A DNA stretch of 64,000 nucleotides from Thermoplasmatales archaeon (GCA_027310185.1 DAIDBH010000006.1:1-64000); one strand, 5' to 3'. Shown: positions 9,853 through 20,809, counted from the stretch's first letter. Made by a program: numbers and translations. The notes: generated from the sequence alone by a model not told the origin.

Positions 9853-10587
9853 TTAAACATCACATATCCATTCTTTGTCTCCAGAGATAAATTCATTTAG
9901 TTCTTCCCTGTACATTTTCCAATTTGGCATTGCAGAAGAAACAATATCTCTGAAGTGTTCATTGTGTTTTCGTTCAATCAGGTGAGTCAATTCGTGGAGA
10001 ACTACATAGTTTAGGCAATTCTGTGACTTTTTTGCAAGTTCAAGATTAAACCAAATTCTTTTCTCTTGAATATTTGCAGAACCCCATTTTGTTTTCATTC
10101 TTTTTATTTTGATCTCAGAAGCTTTAACCCCAAGTAACTTTTCAATATTTGGTACAACAGTATCTAGAGTTTTTTTAAGTTCTCTCCTGTAAAAATCTTC
10201 TAAAACTCTACGTCTTCCTTGAGCATCTGTTCCAGGCTCAACGAATAATAACATGTTCTTTCTACCTTCAATCTGCACCTTACAAGGAGCATTTTTCTCG
10301 ATAATTTTGAGTAAATAACGCTGACCACGAAAATAATGGCTTTCCCCAGCGACATACTCTCTTGGCGCTTCCCTTTTCTGACTAATGAATTTATCTTGTT
10401 GTTTTTTGATCCATGGAATCTTGGAAATAACGATTAACCTTATTTTGTCATCAGTTGTGAATTCAGGAGCAGCCACACGTATTCTGCCATTAGGTGGATA
10501 AACTCCTATATGGATATTCTTTATATTTTTTCTCACAGTCTGAATTTCAAGGCCGGCTAACTTAATATTACTCTTTCTAGTACTCAT
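9853..10587 (-). CDS. M48/SprT (YgjP, DUF45) metallopeptidase associated with type I RM
   Basis: MKTKWGS, YVVLHELTHL..RKHNEHF. Confidence 0.92.
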   Translation of the reverse strand: MSTRKSNIKLAGLEIQTVRKNIKNIHIGVYPPNGRIRVAAPEFTTDDKIRLIVISKIPWIKKQQDKFISQKREAPREYVAGESHYFRGQRYLLKIIEKNAPCKVQIEGRKNMLLFVEPGTDAQGRRRVLEDFYRRELKKTLDTVVPNIEKLLGVKASEIKIKRMKTKWGSANIQEKRIWFNLELAKKSQNCLNYVVLHELTHLIERKHNEHFRDIVSSAMPNWKMYREELNEFISGDKEWICDV

Positions 10588-13500
10588 CTTGATTTCTCAC
10601 CAGGTTCATCACCTTCTCAATCTCTTTTTCATCGGTTATACCAAATTGCGTTAGAGTATTCTTTATTTGGATTCTTACTGCCCTTTCCTTAATCTCGCTC
10701 CCTCTCCATGAATCGTATGAATTATTCCTTATATTGTAGTCAAGAGTAACTGCTAAAGCTTCGTTATTAGACAGGTTATCATAGAGAGCTTTCTTACCCT
10801 TAGTATCTATTGACTTAGGATAATTGTTTCCAAATTCACCCTTAAGATTCCTGGATATTTCGACTAATTGATTGAGATAATTTTCATACACTATAGATTT
10901 ATTTTTCCTTTCTTTGATTAGATCGTCAAGTAACTTTGACATTCTTTCATAATAAACTGGATTTTTAGGATTCATGTCTACTATGATTCTCCTCACATTA
11001 TTCTCTATGGTTTGGCTCACAGCTTCCCTGTTTTTCGCAATCCCACTTGGTAGACATTTAGTAGCCGGAATGCCGTCTTCTACCAAAAGGTCTAGGATAG
11101 TGAGATTGTCAAACCTAGAAACAACTTTACTTTCCTTGGCATCTATGTATGAATCAATAAGATGTCTCATTGCTGGTTCATAAGCCTTAAGATCTATGTA
11201 GTCACCGCTTGCAATTTTAATCTCTGATCTTACTTTCTCAAAACGTGAAATTTCTTCTTTTATCATTTCTGCTTGTTGTTGACTATATCCTATTCTATTC
11301 ATGTCATTTGCAACATCTGCATAGGAACGTACAAGTTTCGATGTTAACCTATAAAGATTAACTCTTTTTTCTTCATTATTCTTTAAGTCAGTGGGATTTT
11401 CTGTATCACCGCAAAAATACTCAATGTATGAAATAGAGTCTTTGGGCGTTTTCACTGGTTCGCACAGTGACCTTATCTTCTCCAATGAATTTTCGAGATT
11501 TCCCCTAGAAGTTTTAAGCCAGTCTTTTATTAGACCATTGACATCCTGCTTATCAAATCCATCGAATGCTCCAGAAGTATAGTCTTGCACTGCCTGATCA
11601 AGACTCTTAAACAGATCCTTGTAATCAATTATATAGCCATAGGCTTTGTCCTCCCCATCAAGCCTGTTTACCCTACATATTGCTTGAAATAGCCCATGAT
11701 CCCTCATGCTTTTGTCTATGTATAGATATGTAGCAGGTGGCGCATCGAACCCAGTTAGAAGTTTATCAACCACAATTAGAAGTTTCATTTGCCCAGGTTC
11801 CTTTATGAATTTCCTCTTCACCTCTTGCTCAAACAGATCTTGAGTTTTTCCCTTCAGCATTCCTTCATATACATTCTCCTTATACTGCTTTTCTGTTTCC
11901 TCTTCGTCGCTTACGACCCCTCCTGTCAGGTTTTTTGCTCCTGAGTCATACGATGATACTATAGCGCATTTCTTGAGCCCTTCGTCTTGAAATAGCTCGT
12001 AGTACTTGCATGCTTCATATATAGATCCGGCAACAAGTATTGCGTTGCCAGTTCCGCTTTTCAATCTATCCTTTGTTTCCATGTCAAGCATTATGTCTGA
12101 TACAATACGGTTGAGCCTTGATTTTGAACTCAACACTTTTTGCATTGTACCCCATCTGTTTTTAAGCACTGCTTTGGCCACATTAGTCAAACCACTCGTC
12201 TTGGATTCAAACCATTTGTCAATCTTTTCTTTAGATGTAAGTTCCTGGTCTATGTCTCTAGCCTCATATTGTAAATCAAGAACGACTCCATCTCTAACTG
12301 CCTCATTATATTTATATGTGTGAATGTAAGGACCGAAAACCTCAATGCTTCTCTTTTTGTCACTCTTGAGCAGAGGAGTCCCTGTAAACCCAATAAAAAC
12401 TGCTTTTGGTAGGAGTTCCGACATCGCATCGTGAAGATCACCAGATTGAGATCTGTGGCACTCATCAACAAAAGCATATATATTTCCCTTTGGCTCAAAC
12501 CCGGCTGGAATTCCACTCTCTATCCCCTTTATGAATGCCTCATAATCTGGTTCTTCCGCTGACATGAATTTGTGTATCAGAGAGCACATTAATGAAGGTG
12601 AAGGATTGTTAATTTGGTTGATAAGATCTCTGCCACTCTTTGTACGATATATATTCTCATCGACTCCTTTGAAAAACCTTTCAATCTGGTCGTCGAGCTC
12701 TTCACGGTCTGTTATTATAAGAACTCTGGCGTTTTCCAGATTTTCCCTGATCCACTGTGCAAGCCATATCATTATGAGACTTTTCCCACTTCCCTGTGTA
12801 TGCCAAATAATACCATCCCTATTGTGACCTTTATTCTCCAGAATGTGTTTCTGTACCATCTTGATTCCAAAATATTGGTTGTATCTGCATATCTTTTTTA
12901 TACCACTGTCGAAAGCAATAAAATCATGTATAATTTCCAGCAGCCTTTCTTTCCTGCATAACGCATAAAGATATTTATCCAACATATGCCTAATATTTAT
13001 TTCCTCTCTCCATTTTAGATAATATTTCTCCGGAGTCTCAGTAGTAGCATACCTGAGACCTTCTGTATCATTTCCAGCCATGACGAGCTGAATTGTGTTG
13101 AAGAACCACCTAATAAATCTTTCATTCTGGTTTTCAACATTCTGCCTTATGCCCTCTGAAACTGAGACAGTGCTTCTCTTCAGTTCTAAAACTCCAAGAG
13201 CAATCCCATTTACATATAGTATAATATCAGGTATTTTTTTATTGGCACCCCGTATTGAAACTTCTTCAGCTATATAGAAATGATTTTTTTGAGGTTCTTC
13301 CCAGTTCAAAGGCCACACAGTCTGATAGTTTTCTCCCTTTGACTCCTTTACCTTTATGCCATATCTCAGCAAATTGTAAATTTCTTTGTTCACTTCATAT
13401 AAGTCTCTACTGTTGTCATTTGCAGATTTTTGTAAATAAAAAAATGCTTGATTTATGGATGTGTCACTATATCCATTTTCCCTTAAGAATTTTCTAAAAA

Positions 13501-13627
13501 GGTTTTCCACTACATTGCCATTTTCTCCTCGTCTCAAATTGCCAATATATTCATATCCCATTTGCTCGACGAATAACTTTAACACACGTTCTTGAGTTAC
13601 TTTTTCTTTCTGTCCAACATCAATCAT
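10577..13627 (-). CDS. hsdR: Type I restriction endonuclease subunit R
   Basis: PDIILYVNGIALGVLELK, WHTQGSGKS, DECHRS, GFTGTP, LLTGFDAP, QAICRVNR. Confidence 0.97.
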   Translation of the reverse strand: MIDVGQKEKVTQERVLKLFVEQMGYEYIGNLRRGENGNVVENLFRKFLRENGYSDTSINQAFFYLQKSANDNSRDLYEVNKEIYNLLRYGIKVKESKGENYQTVWPLNWEEPQKNHFYIAEEVSIRGANKKIPDIILYVNGIALGVLELKRSTVSVSEGIRQNVENQNERFIRWFFNTIQLVMAGNDTEGLRYATTETPEKYYLKWREEINIRHMLDKYLYALCRKERLLEIIHDFIAFDSGIKKICRYNQYFGIKMVQKHILENKGHNRDGIIWHTQGSGKSLIMIWLAQWIRENLENARVLIITDREELDDQIERFFKGVDENIYRTKSGRDLINQINNPSPSLMCSLIHKFMSAEEPDYEAFIKGIESGIPAGFEPKGNIYAFVDECHRSQSGDLHDAMSELLPKAVFIGFTGTPLLKSDKKRSIEVFGPYIHTYKYNEAVRDGVVLDLQYEARDIDQELTSKEKIDKWFESKTSGLTNVAKAVLKNRWGTMQKVLSSKSRLNRIVSDIMLDMETKDRLKSGTGNAILVAGSIYEACKYYELFQDEGLKKCAIVSSYDSGAKNLTGGVVSDEEETEKQYKENVYEGMLKGKTQDLFEQEVKRKFIKEPGQMKLLIVVDKLLTGFDAPPATYLYIDKSMRDHGLFQAICRVNRLDGEDKAYGYIIDYKDLFKSLDQAVQDYTSGAFDGFDKQDVNGLIKDWLKTSRGNLENSLEKIRSLCEPVKTPKDSISYIEYFCGDTENPTDLKNNEEKRVNLYRLTSKLVRSYADVANDMNRIGYSQQQAEMIKEEISRFEKVRSEIKIASGDYIDLKAYEPAMRHLIDSYIDAKESKVVSRFDNLTILDLLVEDGIPATKCLPSGIAKNREAVSQTIENNVRRIIVDMNPKNPVYYERMSKLLDDLIKERKNKSIVYENYLNQLVEISRNLKGEFGNNYPKSIDTKGKKALYDNLSNNEALAVTLDYNIRNNSYDSWRGSEIKERAVRIQIKNTLTQFGITDEKEIEKVMNLVRNQDEY

Positions 13628-14898
13628 TTCACTCTAATCCTCCCGGTAAATAGCTGTTGTAACAAGCCTATCTTTATCTTTGTAAACTTTTCTCTCTTTA
13701 ACTTGAGTAATTCAATTTCTTCATCGGCATCGGAGAGAATTTTAGCAATATCCTGCTGTTCTGAAAGAGGTGGAATTGCTACTGTTAACCTCTTGACAAT
13801 CTCTGCGTTAAGGTTATTTTGTGTAGTCGTTTGTAGATAGCGATTCAAAAACCTTTTTAGGTATTTTAGTTGGTAATAAAGGAAATTAAGATCAACGGTT
13901 TTATTATTTGGAATTATGGAAATTATAGCTTGATTTGTCGCAACTGGGAGCGTATTAATACAGACTTCTCCATAACTGGCGTACATTGAGAAAAGGATGG
14001 AATCTTTTGGCGTTAACCATGAACTACTCTTATTTAATCCCTCTTCAGTGATTCTATAGATAGTGTCATTTAAAAATTTTGAGACTTTTACCACATCTTC
14101 TATTTTAACAAATAGTACTGTCCCATTTTCATAAAAATGATTATCCGACCTTAATGGAGTGCCACCAGCTTTCATCTTTTTAACTATTGCTGGGTCACCT
14201 AAGTTATAAATTCTCCAATCGTTAGGAACGTTACCTATTTCTGCCTTTTTAAATTTTTCATTTCCTATACCTTTTGTTAAGAGTTTTTGCATCAAACCTT
14301 GCTTTATGCTCTTTTTTTTCTCTATTTTTTTTTCAAGTAAGTATATGAGACTATCCATATCAGAGAGAATTTTAGCAACTTTTAGTTGCTGAGTTTGGGG
14401 TGGGAGTGGAACTAAAATTTTTGCAAGCAACTTTGCATTGATTCCTCCTTGGGCACTTCCAGAGATATTTTGCCTTATTTGTTTCCAATAGGCATCAGAA
14501 TTTAAATACATAAAGAGAAATTCCGGATTAATTGAATCTTTTGTTCTAATTTTTATAAGGTATGATGCAAAAATTGAAGGAGGTGGGTCTTTTACTATGA
14601 ATGATTTACCTGTAGTAGCACCGGTTCTCGCGAATAATATATCTCCATTATCTAATTTATATTTTTCCTCTACCTCTTTACTACATTTACAAAAAGGTAC
14701 CGTGTCCCAATTCACAACTCCATTTTGAATGTCACTTATTCTAAGAAATTTAATTGAATTATAGTTAAAAGAAGCACTAGTTGTGAGTCCATATTGTGGT
14801 TTATGGCAAATTTGTCCAATATTGCTTAAATTCCAATCTTCTGGTATTTCGCCTATTTCTGTGTTTTTGTATTTAAAATGAAATGACCTTTCTACCAT
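13624..14898 (-). CDS. hsdS: Type I RM specificity subunit
   Basis: Two TRDs, GEIPEDW, PLPP..QQ and PPLSEQQDIAKIL conserved regions, LFTG C-terminus. Confidence 0.96.
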   Translation of the reverse strand: MVERSFHFKYKNTEIGEIPEDWNLSNIGQICHKPQYGLTTSASFNYNSIKFLRISDIQNGVVNWDTVPFCKCSKEVEEKYKLDNGDILFARTGATTGKSFIVKDPPPSIFASYLIKIRTKDSINPEFLFMYLNSDAYWKQIRQNISGSAQGGINAKLLAKILVPLPPQTQQLKVAKILSDMDSLIYLLEKKIEKKKSIKQGLMQKLLTKGIGNEKFKKAEIGNVPNDWRIYNLGDPAIVKKMKAGGTPLRSDNHFYENGTVLFVKIEDVVKVSKFLNDTIYRITEEGLNKSSSWLTPKDSILFSMYASYGEVCINTLPVATNQAIISIIPNNKTVDLNFLYYQLKYLKRFLNRYLQTTTQNNLNAEIVKRLTVAIPPLSEQQDIAKILSDADEEIELLKLKREKFTKIKIGLLQQLFTGRIRVK

Positions 14899-17297
14899 TT
14901 AAACCCCAATTCCCTAAGATGTGTCTCAACATCTTCTTCCAAAGATCTAACGGCATTGGTAATTTCTGGCAAAGGTTTTTCATATCTACTTTCTAATTCA
15001 CCAATTATTGAAGCAAATCTATAGAAGGTCTGTTCAACACTGGCAACAAAAGAGCTTATAAGTTTGTCATGCCATTTGCTATCTATTACTAAGCTTCTAG
15101 TTTCGTTATAGCTAAGAGTTCTATATTTCTCTATCAATTTTTCATTCAGAATGTCTTCTTGTATTACTTTTTCCATCTTCAATTGACTTTCCTTCTCTAT
15201 GAGAATTAAATATTGGTTTATTGCGTCAATTTCTTCCTTGTATGATGGATTGTTTTTAATTTCCATTCTTCTTTTTTTTAGTAAAGTTTTGCTAATCTTT
15301 ACTACCTCGTCAACTCTAACTTCTGAATATAGATCCTCTTCACCCATATTTTCTTCTTCCATTGCCTGCATTTCTTCCTGAACCGCTTTCAAATCTACAT
15401 CAAATTTTTCTAATCTTTCTTCACATTCTTTGAAGTATAATCTAGTGACTATTTCCTTTGGTAATAATGGACATTCCCATCCAATGACCTTTTCTTTCTG
15501 GTTTTTAAGTATCTCAATGTTACTCTTCCAACCATCTGACGAAACCAGATAGAGATCATCTTGCATTGTTTCATCCCAATAATTCATGAACTCCTGATAG
15601 ACATCATAGTTTTCTATCAATTCATATCCTTTAAATTCTTCCAGAAGTGATTCCGAAAGTTTATTACCGACTATTTTAGGGTTGTTTCCAATGTCAAATT
15701 CTTTAAGTAACTTTAGGTTTTTCTCCCACCATCTCTGGAAACTTTCTTCAACCCTATGTTTTAGAACTGCGTGTTCTTCACTTTCAAAGATGTAATCACG
15801 AATCTTTTCAGAGTTTATTTTAATATCATAATATCCCCGCCTAGAGTTTTTAATGAACAGTCTGTTCCTTAATTCTGGGAATGTTGTCCAATACTTATTA
15901 AGATTTTCTAAATCTTTTTCAGGTATTCCTCCATTCAGGTGTGCGTCAATATCCTGAATTTCTTCCTCAGGGCTACTGTCAATATACAGCGAAATATTTA
16001 AATTAAAATTATTTTTCTCAATTTCTTCATATTTGACTAATCTCGAATATTTGGGAATTTCAGTTTGTTTGTTGAAAACATCAACAATCTTATGAATGTC
16101 CCTAGCTCTCAGCCGGTTTTTGTTTCCATCCTTGGCATACCCTTCCTCTGCGGAAACCATGAATATTGATCTTTGATGAATAGCATTCTCTTTATCCATC
16201 ACAATGATACAGGCAGATATCCCAGTTCCGAAGAACAGATTTGGCGGTAACCCTATTATTCCCTTAATATACCCTCTTTCCACTATGTTCATTCTAATTG
16301 TTCCTTCAGAATTACCTCTGAATAATACACCTAAGGGCAAAATGATGGCACCTTTGCCACTGCTTTTCATTGATTTAATTAAGTGAAGAAGAAAGGCATA
16401 ATCCCCGTTCTTCTCAGGGGGGATATCTCCAAAATCTTGAAATCTTCCAAATTGATCATATTTAGGGTTTAAGCCATTTGACCAGGATTTTGTTGAGAAT
16501 GGTGGATTGGCAATAACAAAATCAAACGTTTTAAGTTTTCCCTCCTCTATCCAGTGAGGACTCGTAAGAGTGTTTCCTCTCCATATTTCAGCGGTTGGAT
16601 ACCCATGTAACCACATATTCATAGTAGCTAGTGCTTTAGTGGCGACATCATTCTCCTGACCAAAGATACTTATCCCATTTGAGGTTTCATAGGCTGCCCT
16701 CAGCAAAAGAGAACCTGACCCGCAAGTAGGGTCGTATACAGTTTGTGACATGGTTGCTTCCTTAATACCAATGACCTTTGCGATTATTTGAGATACTTCT
16801 GCAGGTGTATAAAACTGCCCCTTGCTTTTTCCAGATTCAGTAGCAAAGTTCTTCATTAGGTACTCATAGGCGTCTCCAAGAAGGTCATCACCGTCTGCCC
16901 TGTTCTTACTTAAGTTGAATTCCTGTTTCTCAAAGATGGAAACTAAATTGGAAAGTTTCTGCTGCATTTCCTTATCGTCACCTAATTTGCTCTTATCATT
17001 GAAATCTGCTTCTCTGAAGACATCCTGTAAACCATTTGCATCAGCAAATTTTGTTATTATTTTGTTAATTCTGTCTCCAATATCTGGTTTGTTTTTCAAT
17101 GCCACTATGTCTCGAAAACTGCCTCCTTCAGGAACATGAACGATTGAATCTGGTTTACTATAATATTTATCAGTGACATATCTCATAAATAAAAGCACAA
17201 GAACGTAATCCTTATACTGAGATGCATCCATACCCCCACGCAACTCATCACAACTTTTCCATAATGAACTGTAAAGTTGACTCTTCTTCACTGCCAT
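14892..17297 (-). CDS. hsdM: Type I RM methyltransferase subunit
   Basis: GQFYTP, YDPTCGSGSLL, ANPPF. Confidence 0.97.
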   Translation of the reverse strand: MAVKKSQLYSSLWKSCDELRGGMDASQYKDYVLVLLFMRYVTDKYYSKPDSIVHVPEGGSFRDIVALKNKPDIGDRINKIITKFADANGLQDVFREADFNDKSKLGDDKEMQQKLSNLVSIFEKQEFNLSKNRADGDDLLGDAYEYLMKNFATESGKSKGQFYTPAEVSQIIAKVIGIKEATMSQTVYDPTCGSGSLLLRAAYETSNGISIFGQENDVATKALATMNMWLHGYPTAEIWRGNTLTSPHWIEEGKLKTFDFVIANPPFSTKSWSNGLNPKYDQFGRFQDFGDIPPEKNGDYAFLLHLIKSMKSSGKGAIILPLGVLFRGNSEGTIRMNIVERGYIKGIIGLPPNLFFGTGISACIIVMDKENAIHQRSIFMVSAEEGYAKDGNKNRLRARDIHKIVDVFNKQTEIPKYSRLVKYEEIEKNNFNLNISLYIDSSPEEEIQDIDAHLNGGIPEKDLENLNKYWTTFPELRNRLFIKNSRRGYYDIKINSEKIRDYIFESEEHAVLKHRVEESFQRWWEKNLKLLKEFDIGNNPKIVGNKLSESLLEEFKGYELIENYDVYQEFMNYWDETMQDDLYLVSSDGWKSNIEILKNQKEKVIGWECPLLPKEIVTRLYFKECEERLEKFDVDLKAVQEEMQAMEEENMGEEDLYSEVRVDEVVKISKTLLKKRRMEIKNNPSYKEEIDAINQYLILIEKESQLKMEKVIQEDILNEKLIEKYRTLSYNETRSLVIDSKWHDKLISSFVASVEQTFYRFASIIGELESRYEKPLPEITNAVRSLEEDVETHLRELGFKW

Positions 17298-17879
17298 TTA
17301 TATTCACCCTTATAAGAAATGCAATGAAAATTTGTTATTACATATAAAATACTCATCATTGAGAATATAACACTTATCCACTAATAATTTTTTTGGAAGG
17401 TATAACTACGTTTCATTGATTCATTCTTTGTATTAAGTTAAGGGTGCTAAACGTTATCAATCCATATTATGTTATTACGCCGGCCTAAAGAATCCTTCAG
17501 ATATTATAGTAAGGCTTTTCATTCGCAATTAACTCAGATGACATGAAAAGGAAAGATTACTTTGTGAGGAGCTGAAAAGACTAAAAAAATTATATTAAAC
17601 ATCTGGGACATTTCTTATTCGATATTCACATGAGAAGGTTTTTATGAATTCCAATATTATTTTGATCAGGAATCCTATCATCCTTGATCTAAGCGATGCT
17701 CTATGCCTGTGAACTCTTTCATAAATCCAAAACAAATTCTGTTTGAAGTGCACTTTGAATTTATATCTAACTTTTAAACGAATATTATTGCATTTTATTA
17801 AATAACGATTCTATTTGAATCCTAATAAATGACACTTTCAAGTCATTCATCAAAGTTATATCTGATAAATTTATGCTGA

Positions 17880-18413
17880 ATGATGAAAACAATAAGGATA
17901 TTTCATCTCATAGAAGAGGAAATGGAATATTTTGGTGGACCAGAGAATTTTTTCTGTAAACATCTCCCTACTGAATTTAAGAGAATCATTAATATAAAAC
18001 TGCAGACCAAGGGAATGACGGATACTATGAAAAATGCGTTTAAATCAGGCAAACTTCCCCAGCCTTATTTCCCTAAGATGATTGATCCAGGTTCAAAGAT
18101 ATATTTTCATTACACAGGAAATCTGATGGCGTATGCAGAAGTTGAAGAGACTATCATTAACTACCCAAACGGAAATAGAAGGAACTTTAGGTTAAAGTCC
18201 AAGGAGCAGTATTCCACTTATCCGTTCTCTTTCAAGATTAAAGAGGGGACTTTCAGTTGCTGGAACCATGAGGAATTACCTTGGGAAAAGTGGATATGGG
18301 TAATAAATGAGAGTGGTAGAAAGCCGAAGAACAACTCATATACTAAATTAAACGATGTTGAGGATTCTAAAATTATGGATCTGATTCCAAAGCATAAATT
18401 ATGTCATTGGTGA
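17880..18413 (+). CDS. Hypothetical protein, possibly a stand-alone PUA/EVE-like domain
   Basis: PGSKIYFHYTGNLMAYAEV and YPFSFKI resemble PUA-superfamily strands. Confidence 0.55.
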   Translation: MMKTIRIFHLIEEEMEYFGGPENFFCKHLPTEFKRIINIKLQTKGMTDTMKNAFKSGKLPQPYFPKMIDPGSKIYFHYTGNLMAYAEVEETIINYPNGNRRNFRLKSKEQYSTYPFSFKIKEGTFSCWNHEELPWEKWIWVINESGRKPKNNSYTKLNDVEDSKIMDLIPKHKLCHW

Positions 18414-18577
18414 TATTGTTTCCCTACTATGAACATAAGTGATTTATCAAACTGAGTGCCCATATGTGGTATAACCATGATTGTGAAGATTAGAGAATCA
18501 CTATATCTGTATAAGTTTACAAGTGAGAAATAAATGAAAAGTGAGAAAATTTAACTTGTTTCACTTATCACCCCTTC

Positions 18578-18739
18578 ATGCCGGAAAAACTAATCGCTGT
18601 AGCTAAGACATCTTCAAAAGGGTCATCACTAAGGATCACAATACCAGGGGAAATCGCTGAGAAGTTAAACGTTTCAGAATCTGAACATATTGGATTTTAT
18701 GAAATTAATAGCGAGATTGTGATCAAGAAGATTGAATAA
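18578..18739 (+). CDS. AbrB/MazE-like small protein (53 aa, absent from the ORF track)
   Basis: MPEKLIAVAKTSSKGSSLRITIPGEIAEKLNVSESEHIGFYEINSEIVIKKIE. Confidence 0.85.
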   Translation: MPEKLIAVAKTSSKGSSLRITIPGEIAEKLNVSESEHIGFYEINSEIVIKKIE

Positions 18740-18778
18740 ATTAACTATCCAGTTGGGAGTCAATCATTCTTCCTTTGA

Positions 18779-19639
18779 CTATTTCAGAGATAGTTGAAAT
18801 TGTAGCTTAGCAGAATTATTTAAGTCGCTTGTGAAGTAAATGCACTCTAGATTATGCTCAATGGACTTATCCTTTAGAGTACGATCAGCAGTGATTAGGA
18901 TTGAATGTGTTTTTGTCGCAAAATCAAATATTTTATCATCTTCAATTTTTCCTTCCTCGTTACAATTTTCAATTGAACTACCTCCATAAGGATAAGTTTG
19001 AATTCTAATCATGCCTTGTTTAGCTAGTTTCGACAGATTCTCTCTTTCAGATAAGAAACTAGTGCGTCTTTTCCCTCTACCGAAGCATTGATCAATGAAC
19101 TTATCAAAATACTCGGGGATAATAATTTCAAAACCATTGAAATATCCAATCTGTATTAATCGTGACAGCGTTCTTGATATTAAGATATTCAAATCTGGAA
19201 GTATTCTATTTCTAGCAATTAGAATTGGTGAATTTGTCATGAGTTCATGACCGCAGCTGCATTTGAACATTGGGTTTTCAGAAGAGTCGGATACCCCTTC
19301 TATAACCTCACTTGGTTGTCCACAGTCTTGGCATATAATTAGCCCATTATTTGGTTGAAAAATTTCTTCATACTTTTTTATGTACTTTGGGTCAAGTGTC
19401 AATTGATTAAGAGCCGTCATTTTGGATATAAGATCTTTTGTTTCCTTATTTAATTGCCCTTGGATAGTAATCCTATACTTATGAATTAATATTGTAGTTC
19501 CTATTGATTCTATTTTGCATGATGTTGTTTCATTTTTATCCTCACATGTGACTTTATAACTGTTTTTAAGAAATTGAATGAACACACTTTTCTCGAAATT
19601 ATCCTTTTTGTTAAACACGATTGGCAAGCTACCAGTCAT
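18779..19639 (-). CDS. Putative RNase HIII-N/TBP-like domain + Zn ribbon + PIN-domain nuclease
   Basis: TILIHKYRITIQG, CQDC...CSCGH, and PIN motifs ILPDLN, EDDKI, LITAD. Confidence 0.75.
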   Translation of the reverse strand: MTGSLPIVFNKKDNFEKSVFIQFLKNSYKVTCEDKNETTSCKIESIGTTILIHKYRITIQGQLNKETKDLISKMTALNQLTLDPKYIKKYEEIFQPNNGLIICQDCGQPSEVIEGVSDSSENPMFKCSCGHELMTNSPILIARNRILPDLNILISRTLSRLIQIGYFNGFEIIIPEYFDKFIDQCFGRGKRRTSFLSERENLSKLAKQGMIRIQTYPYGGSSIENCNEEGKIEDDKIFDFATKTHSILITADRTLKDKSIEHNLECIYFTSDLNNSAKLQFQLSLK

Positions 19640-19677
19640 AAACTATAATTATAACAATGGTATATAAATAAGATCAA

Positions 19678-20532
19678 ATGCCAAAGTCGATGAAGTTGTC
19701 TCCTACTGAGATAAATAAATTGAGATCTTATTTAGTGGACCATAAAATAAAGACGGTCTCTGGAAATGAGTATGAATTATTCCGGGTAAAGACAAGCGAC
19801 ATTTTTATGGTTCTTTATAAAAGTGGAACTCTCGTCTTTGATGAGTCACCATCTATGTTAGAAATTCTGAACTTTGTGATGGAAGATAAAAGTGGATCAA
19901 AGTTTTACATAGGAACTGATGAAACAGGAAAAGGCGAATGGTATGGTCCACTAGTAGTAGTTGGTACATTGTTATCTTCAGAGCAAATTAAGGAATTGAG
20001 AAAGATAGGAGTAAAAGATAGTAAACTTCTTTCTGCGGATCAGATAACACTCATTTCCGAAAAGTTATTACAAATGAAGATTGAGAGATGTAGCAGAATA
20101 TTATTACCAGAAACGTATAACAGATTGTTTAAAGAATTTTCTTTAGAAGGAAAAAACGGAAATGATATGTTGGCTTGGGCTCATTCCGAAGTTGTAAAGG
20201 ATTTAATAGATAAGGCAAATACTGATAAGATTGAAGTAATTATTGATAAATTCGATTTCACGAAAATGGATTCAAGATTATCATCTAAAGAAAGAGAGAG
20301 AAAAGTTGATCAGTCTAGAATTAGAGTTATTCAAATGGAAAAGGGAGAGCGTGAAATTCCGGTAGCGACAGCAAGTATAATTGCAAAGCATATCTTTGAA
20401 GATGAAGTCAAAAAGATGTCTGAAAAATATAAAATAGATCTGAAAGCGGTAACACCTGAAAAGGTTCCAAGGGATTTATTGCCAAGTGTAGCAAAGACAA
20501 ATTTTAAGAATATCAAAAAGCTATTGATATAA
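19678..20532 (+). CDS. rnhC: Ribonuclease HIII-like protein
   Basis: N-terminal LYKSGTLVF (DUF3378/TBP-like), IGTDETGKG, GVKDSKLL, IIDKF, KGE..VATASIIAK (DEDE-type active site). Confidence 0.85.
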   Translation: MPKSMKLSPTEINKLRSYLVDHKIKTVSGNEYELFRVKTSDIFMVLYKSGTLVFDESPSMLEILNFVMEDKSGSKFYIGTDETGKGEWYGPLVVVGTLLSSEQIKELRKIGVKDSKLLSADQITLISEKLLQMKIERCSRILLPETYNRLFKEFSLEGKNGNDMLAWAHSEVVKDLIDKANTDKIEVIIDKFDFTKMDSRLSSKERERKVDQSRIRVIQMEKGEREIPVATASIIAKHIFEDEVKKMSEKYKIDLKAVTPEKVPRDLLPSVAKTNFKNIKKLLI

Positions 20533-20809
20533 AGTTGAAAAGAACGGATTTGTGTTGAATATTTCTATATATACTACGAACACAAATTACCCTTCCGCTT
20601 TCCATCCTCTCTGTTCTGTAATTGTTCATAAGACACACTTCTAATTGGTTATTTAATATATATCTATCACTATATAGCAACTTTGTCTCATTATTTAAGG
20701 GGTAGACCACTATCTATTGCAATTAACCAACCACCTTAAGGCAATTGAATCTTAGTAATTGAAATGCTTTTGTAATAATAATTGCGTTTAGGATAGAGGA
20801 TAAAGATAT

